Assembly (NCBI RefSeq): GCF_902713615.1
Contig: NC_052163.1
Location: 21,214,248-21,278,247 of the forward strand
Length of the DNA stretch: 64,000 nt
Reading direction: 5' to 3'
From: Scyliorhinus canicula
Taxonomy: Eukaryota
Under the pieces are notes generated by a model. The model saw nothing but the letters and a program-made list of their open reading frames with translations, was not told the DNA's origin and did not search any database. The position numbers were made by a program, and so were the translations under genes. Below, one piece after another: positions 61,488 through 64,000 of this stretch (the first letter of the stretch is position 1; every line of letters starts with the position of its first letter).

Positions 61488-61771
61488 GGCAGCACAGTGA
61501 TTGGCGCTGCTGCCTCACAGCGCCAGAGATCTGGGTTTGATTCCAACCTCGGGTGACTGTCTGTGTGGAGTTTACACATTCTTCCCGTTTCTGTGTGGGT
61601 TTCCACCCATCGTCCAAATATGTGCAGGCAAGACGGATTTGCCATGCTAAATTGCCCCTAGGTGGGGTCACGGGGTTGGGGTGGTGTTTGGGCCTAGGTA
61701 AGATGCCCTTTCAGAGGATTGGTGCCAGACTTAACGGGCCGAATGGCCTCCTTCTGCCTGTAGGGATTCTA
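61488..61771 (+). mobile_element. HE1-type SINE, CR1-type tail
   Basis: ggcagcacagtg head; ctgtagggattcta end. Confidence 0.8.
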
Positions 61772-62634
61772 AACATCCTCAAGGCCTCAACTGTGCCCCC
61801 TCCCAATCCCTGAGGCCTAAACCCACCAAAAGCCTGACCCCTCCCCTTGTCCCTAAATCACCTTCCCACCCACTTCGCGCCCCCTTTTGTGTTTCACCAC
61901 ATTATACTCCATCTGACAAATTTGTATTCAGTCACTCAACCTCTCTGTTGCCATCTGGAACCTACTTACGTGCCCAGCGTCTGAGAGGCCCCCAAACTCG
62001 GAGAGGTCCCTCCCACTATATCCTGTCTCCTTCTCATATTAGACGCAACTTTTCTCTGGCCTGCCTTAATTTAAACGCTGCTTTGAACTTAACCTGGTTT
62101 ATGGCAGCCAGTGTCAGAAGGAGACATGGCCTTCTGCACTTCGGTGCTGGGCCCCAGGGACATGCTCCACTGCCTGATCTGCCCAAGGCTAGTCGTAGGT
62201 CAGGCGAGAAAGCATCGCAGAAAGATTTAGCTAAGAAATGGGGCGCGGAGTGGCAATCTGATGCTGATTACTACTCAGAGGAAGTTCAGGACCGAGGTAG
62301 CCAGATTAATGAAGCGCTTTGATAGAGTTTATCAGAAGAAACTGCTTTCAGAAACAGAAGAGCGAGGAGCCAGAGGACACCGATTTCAGTTATCGGCAAA
62401 GGAACCAGAAGCGAGGTTAAGCACTGTATTTTCTTATGCTGCATGCTGTGACCTAGAATGCACTGCCTGAAAGGACGGTCAATACAGATTCAATAAAACT
62501 TTCAAAAGGTAATTGGATCCCTCGTGAGAGGGGAAAAGAAATTGCCAGGCTATGGGGAAAGAGATGGTATTTCAGTGTCAGCTCAGGCACACTACTCATT
62601 CAAAGTGTCGCTTCTCTGTTCTTCAAGACTCTAT

Positions 62635-63967
62635 AATCTTTGGGTCGCACAGCGCATATCTTAAGTGTTCAGTTGAGCTCCATACCATATTGGGGGGTGG
62701 GGGTGCTGGGTCAAGTTTGGGGGACATGCTAATGGCTCCCCTGCCGTTCTCGCCAGCCCGGTAACTCCCACAGGCCCAGTAGCAGTGGGGGCCCTGAGAG
62801 TTTGGGGACAGTGGCGGAAGCATATGGAGTAGGAGGGTGCATCAGTGTGGGGCTCCAATTTTGTCCCAGGAAGGATGGGGGTTCTCGGAGGTGGCAGAGA
62901 GCAAGAATTGAGAGGCTGGGGGGCCTGTCTATTGATGGGAGCTTTCCCCTGTTTGGAGAATTTGGAGGAGGAGTTGAATTGCCGGGAGGGAATGGGTTTC
63001 GGTATCTGCAGGTAAGGGATTTTGTGCGAAGGCAGGTTTCGACCTTCCACTTCTACCGTCGCAGGGGATACAGGACAAGGTAGTTTCTAGAACGGAGGTG
63101 GGGGAGGGGAAGGTATTGGAAATCTATAAAGAACTTATGGAGTGGGAGGAAACCCAGATGGGTGAGATAAAAGGTAAATGGGAAGATGATCTGGGTAAGA
63201 AGATAGAGGCGGGCCTATGGGAGGATGCTCTGAGCAGAGTCAACATGTCCTCATCATGTGCCAGGCTCAGCCTGATACAATTCAAGGTGGTCCACATGGT
63301 GGGTACACATGATGGTGGGCCGGAAGAGCAGGATTTTTGGGGTGGAGGACGGGTGTGTGAGGTGTGCAGGAGGACCCGCAAACCATGTCCACGTGTTTTG
63401 GGCAGTTCCGAAGTTTAGGGAATTCTGGCAGGGATTTGCAGATGTCATGTCCATGGTTCTAAAAACGAGGGTGGTGCCGAGTCCAGAGATTGGCGATTTT
63501 TGGAGTGTTGGTAGACCCGGGAGACCAGGGGGTGAGAGAGGCTGATGTTTTGGCCTTTGCCTCCTTGGTATCCCGGAGATGGATATTACTCGCGTGGAGG
63601 GACTCGGAGCTCTTGAAATCAGGGATATGAGTTAGTGACATGGCCGGACTTCTCAGACTTGAGAAAATTAAGTTCGCTCGGAGAGGATTTGTCCGGAGGT
63701 GACAGCTGCTTTTCAACTTCTTAGCAGAAAATTAAACTGTAAGCAGATTCAATAAGGGGGGGGGGGGGGGGGGGTGGGGGGGGGGGGGGGGGGGGGGGGG
63801 GATTAGGGAATATGGGTGGGTGGGTGGAGTTAGGCTATTTTTTTGTCTCAATTAGGCAGGAACAGTGGGAGTTGGAGGGATGTGTTACGCACTGAACTAT
63901 GTTTACATCTGTATCTTTCATTGTTATGAAACCATAAATGCCTTAATAAAATGTTTGTTAAAAAAAA
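62635..63967 (+). mobile_element. L1/Tx1-clade LINE 3' fragment
   Basis: SSSCARLSLIQFKVVH, CVRCAGGPANHVHVFWA; poly-G tract, AATAAA and A-tail. Confidence 0.9.
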
Positions 63968-63969
63968 CA

Positions 63970-64000
63970 GGGGCAGCACGGTGGCGCAGTGGTCAACACT
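63970..64000 (+). mobile_element. Start of an HE1-type SINE, cut by the window edge
   Basis: ggggcagcacggtggcgcagtggt. Confidence 0.75.

Overview
Eukaryotic, repeat-dense vertebrate DNA. The repeat repertoire (HE1-type tRNA SINEs, HER1/CR1 LINEs, Deu-domain SINEs, L1 fragments) points to a cartilaginous fish, probably a shark; this is inference from recalled repeat families. I find no host protein-coding exon I can support: the only long ORF (20110-22329, minus) is CR1 ORF2, and the other ORFs are repeat read-throughs. The window is intergenic or intronic, with many nested insertions whose target-site duplications (TSDs) are still readable. Main points: (1) a family of tiny Penelope-like fold-back elements carrying a minimal hammerhead ribozyme, three of them with 11-14 bp TSDs and different inversion points; (2) a roughly 1.1 kb head-to-head inverted duplication (55480-56630 / 58407-59537) whose best-conserved block is a TCF/LEF-TATA-E-box module followed by a shared splice donor; (3) a probable 18S rRNA fragment + oligo(A) + SINE chimeric retrocopy; (4) one SINE head joined to three different 3' tails; (5) GC-rich Harbinger-like MITEs with A-initiated 3-bp TSDs carrying NRF1/CRE motif arrays. 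Boundaries without a TSD are approximate.
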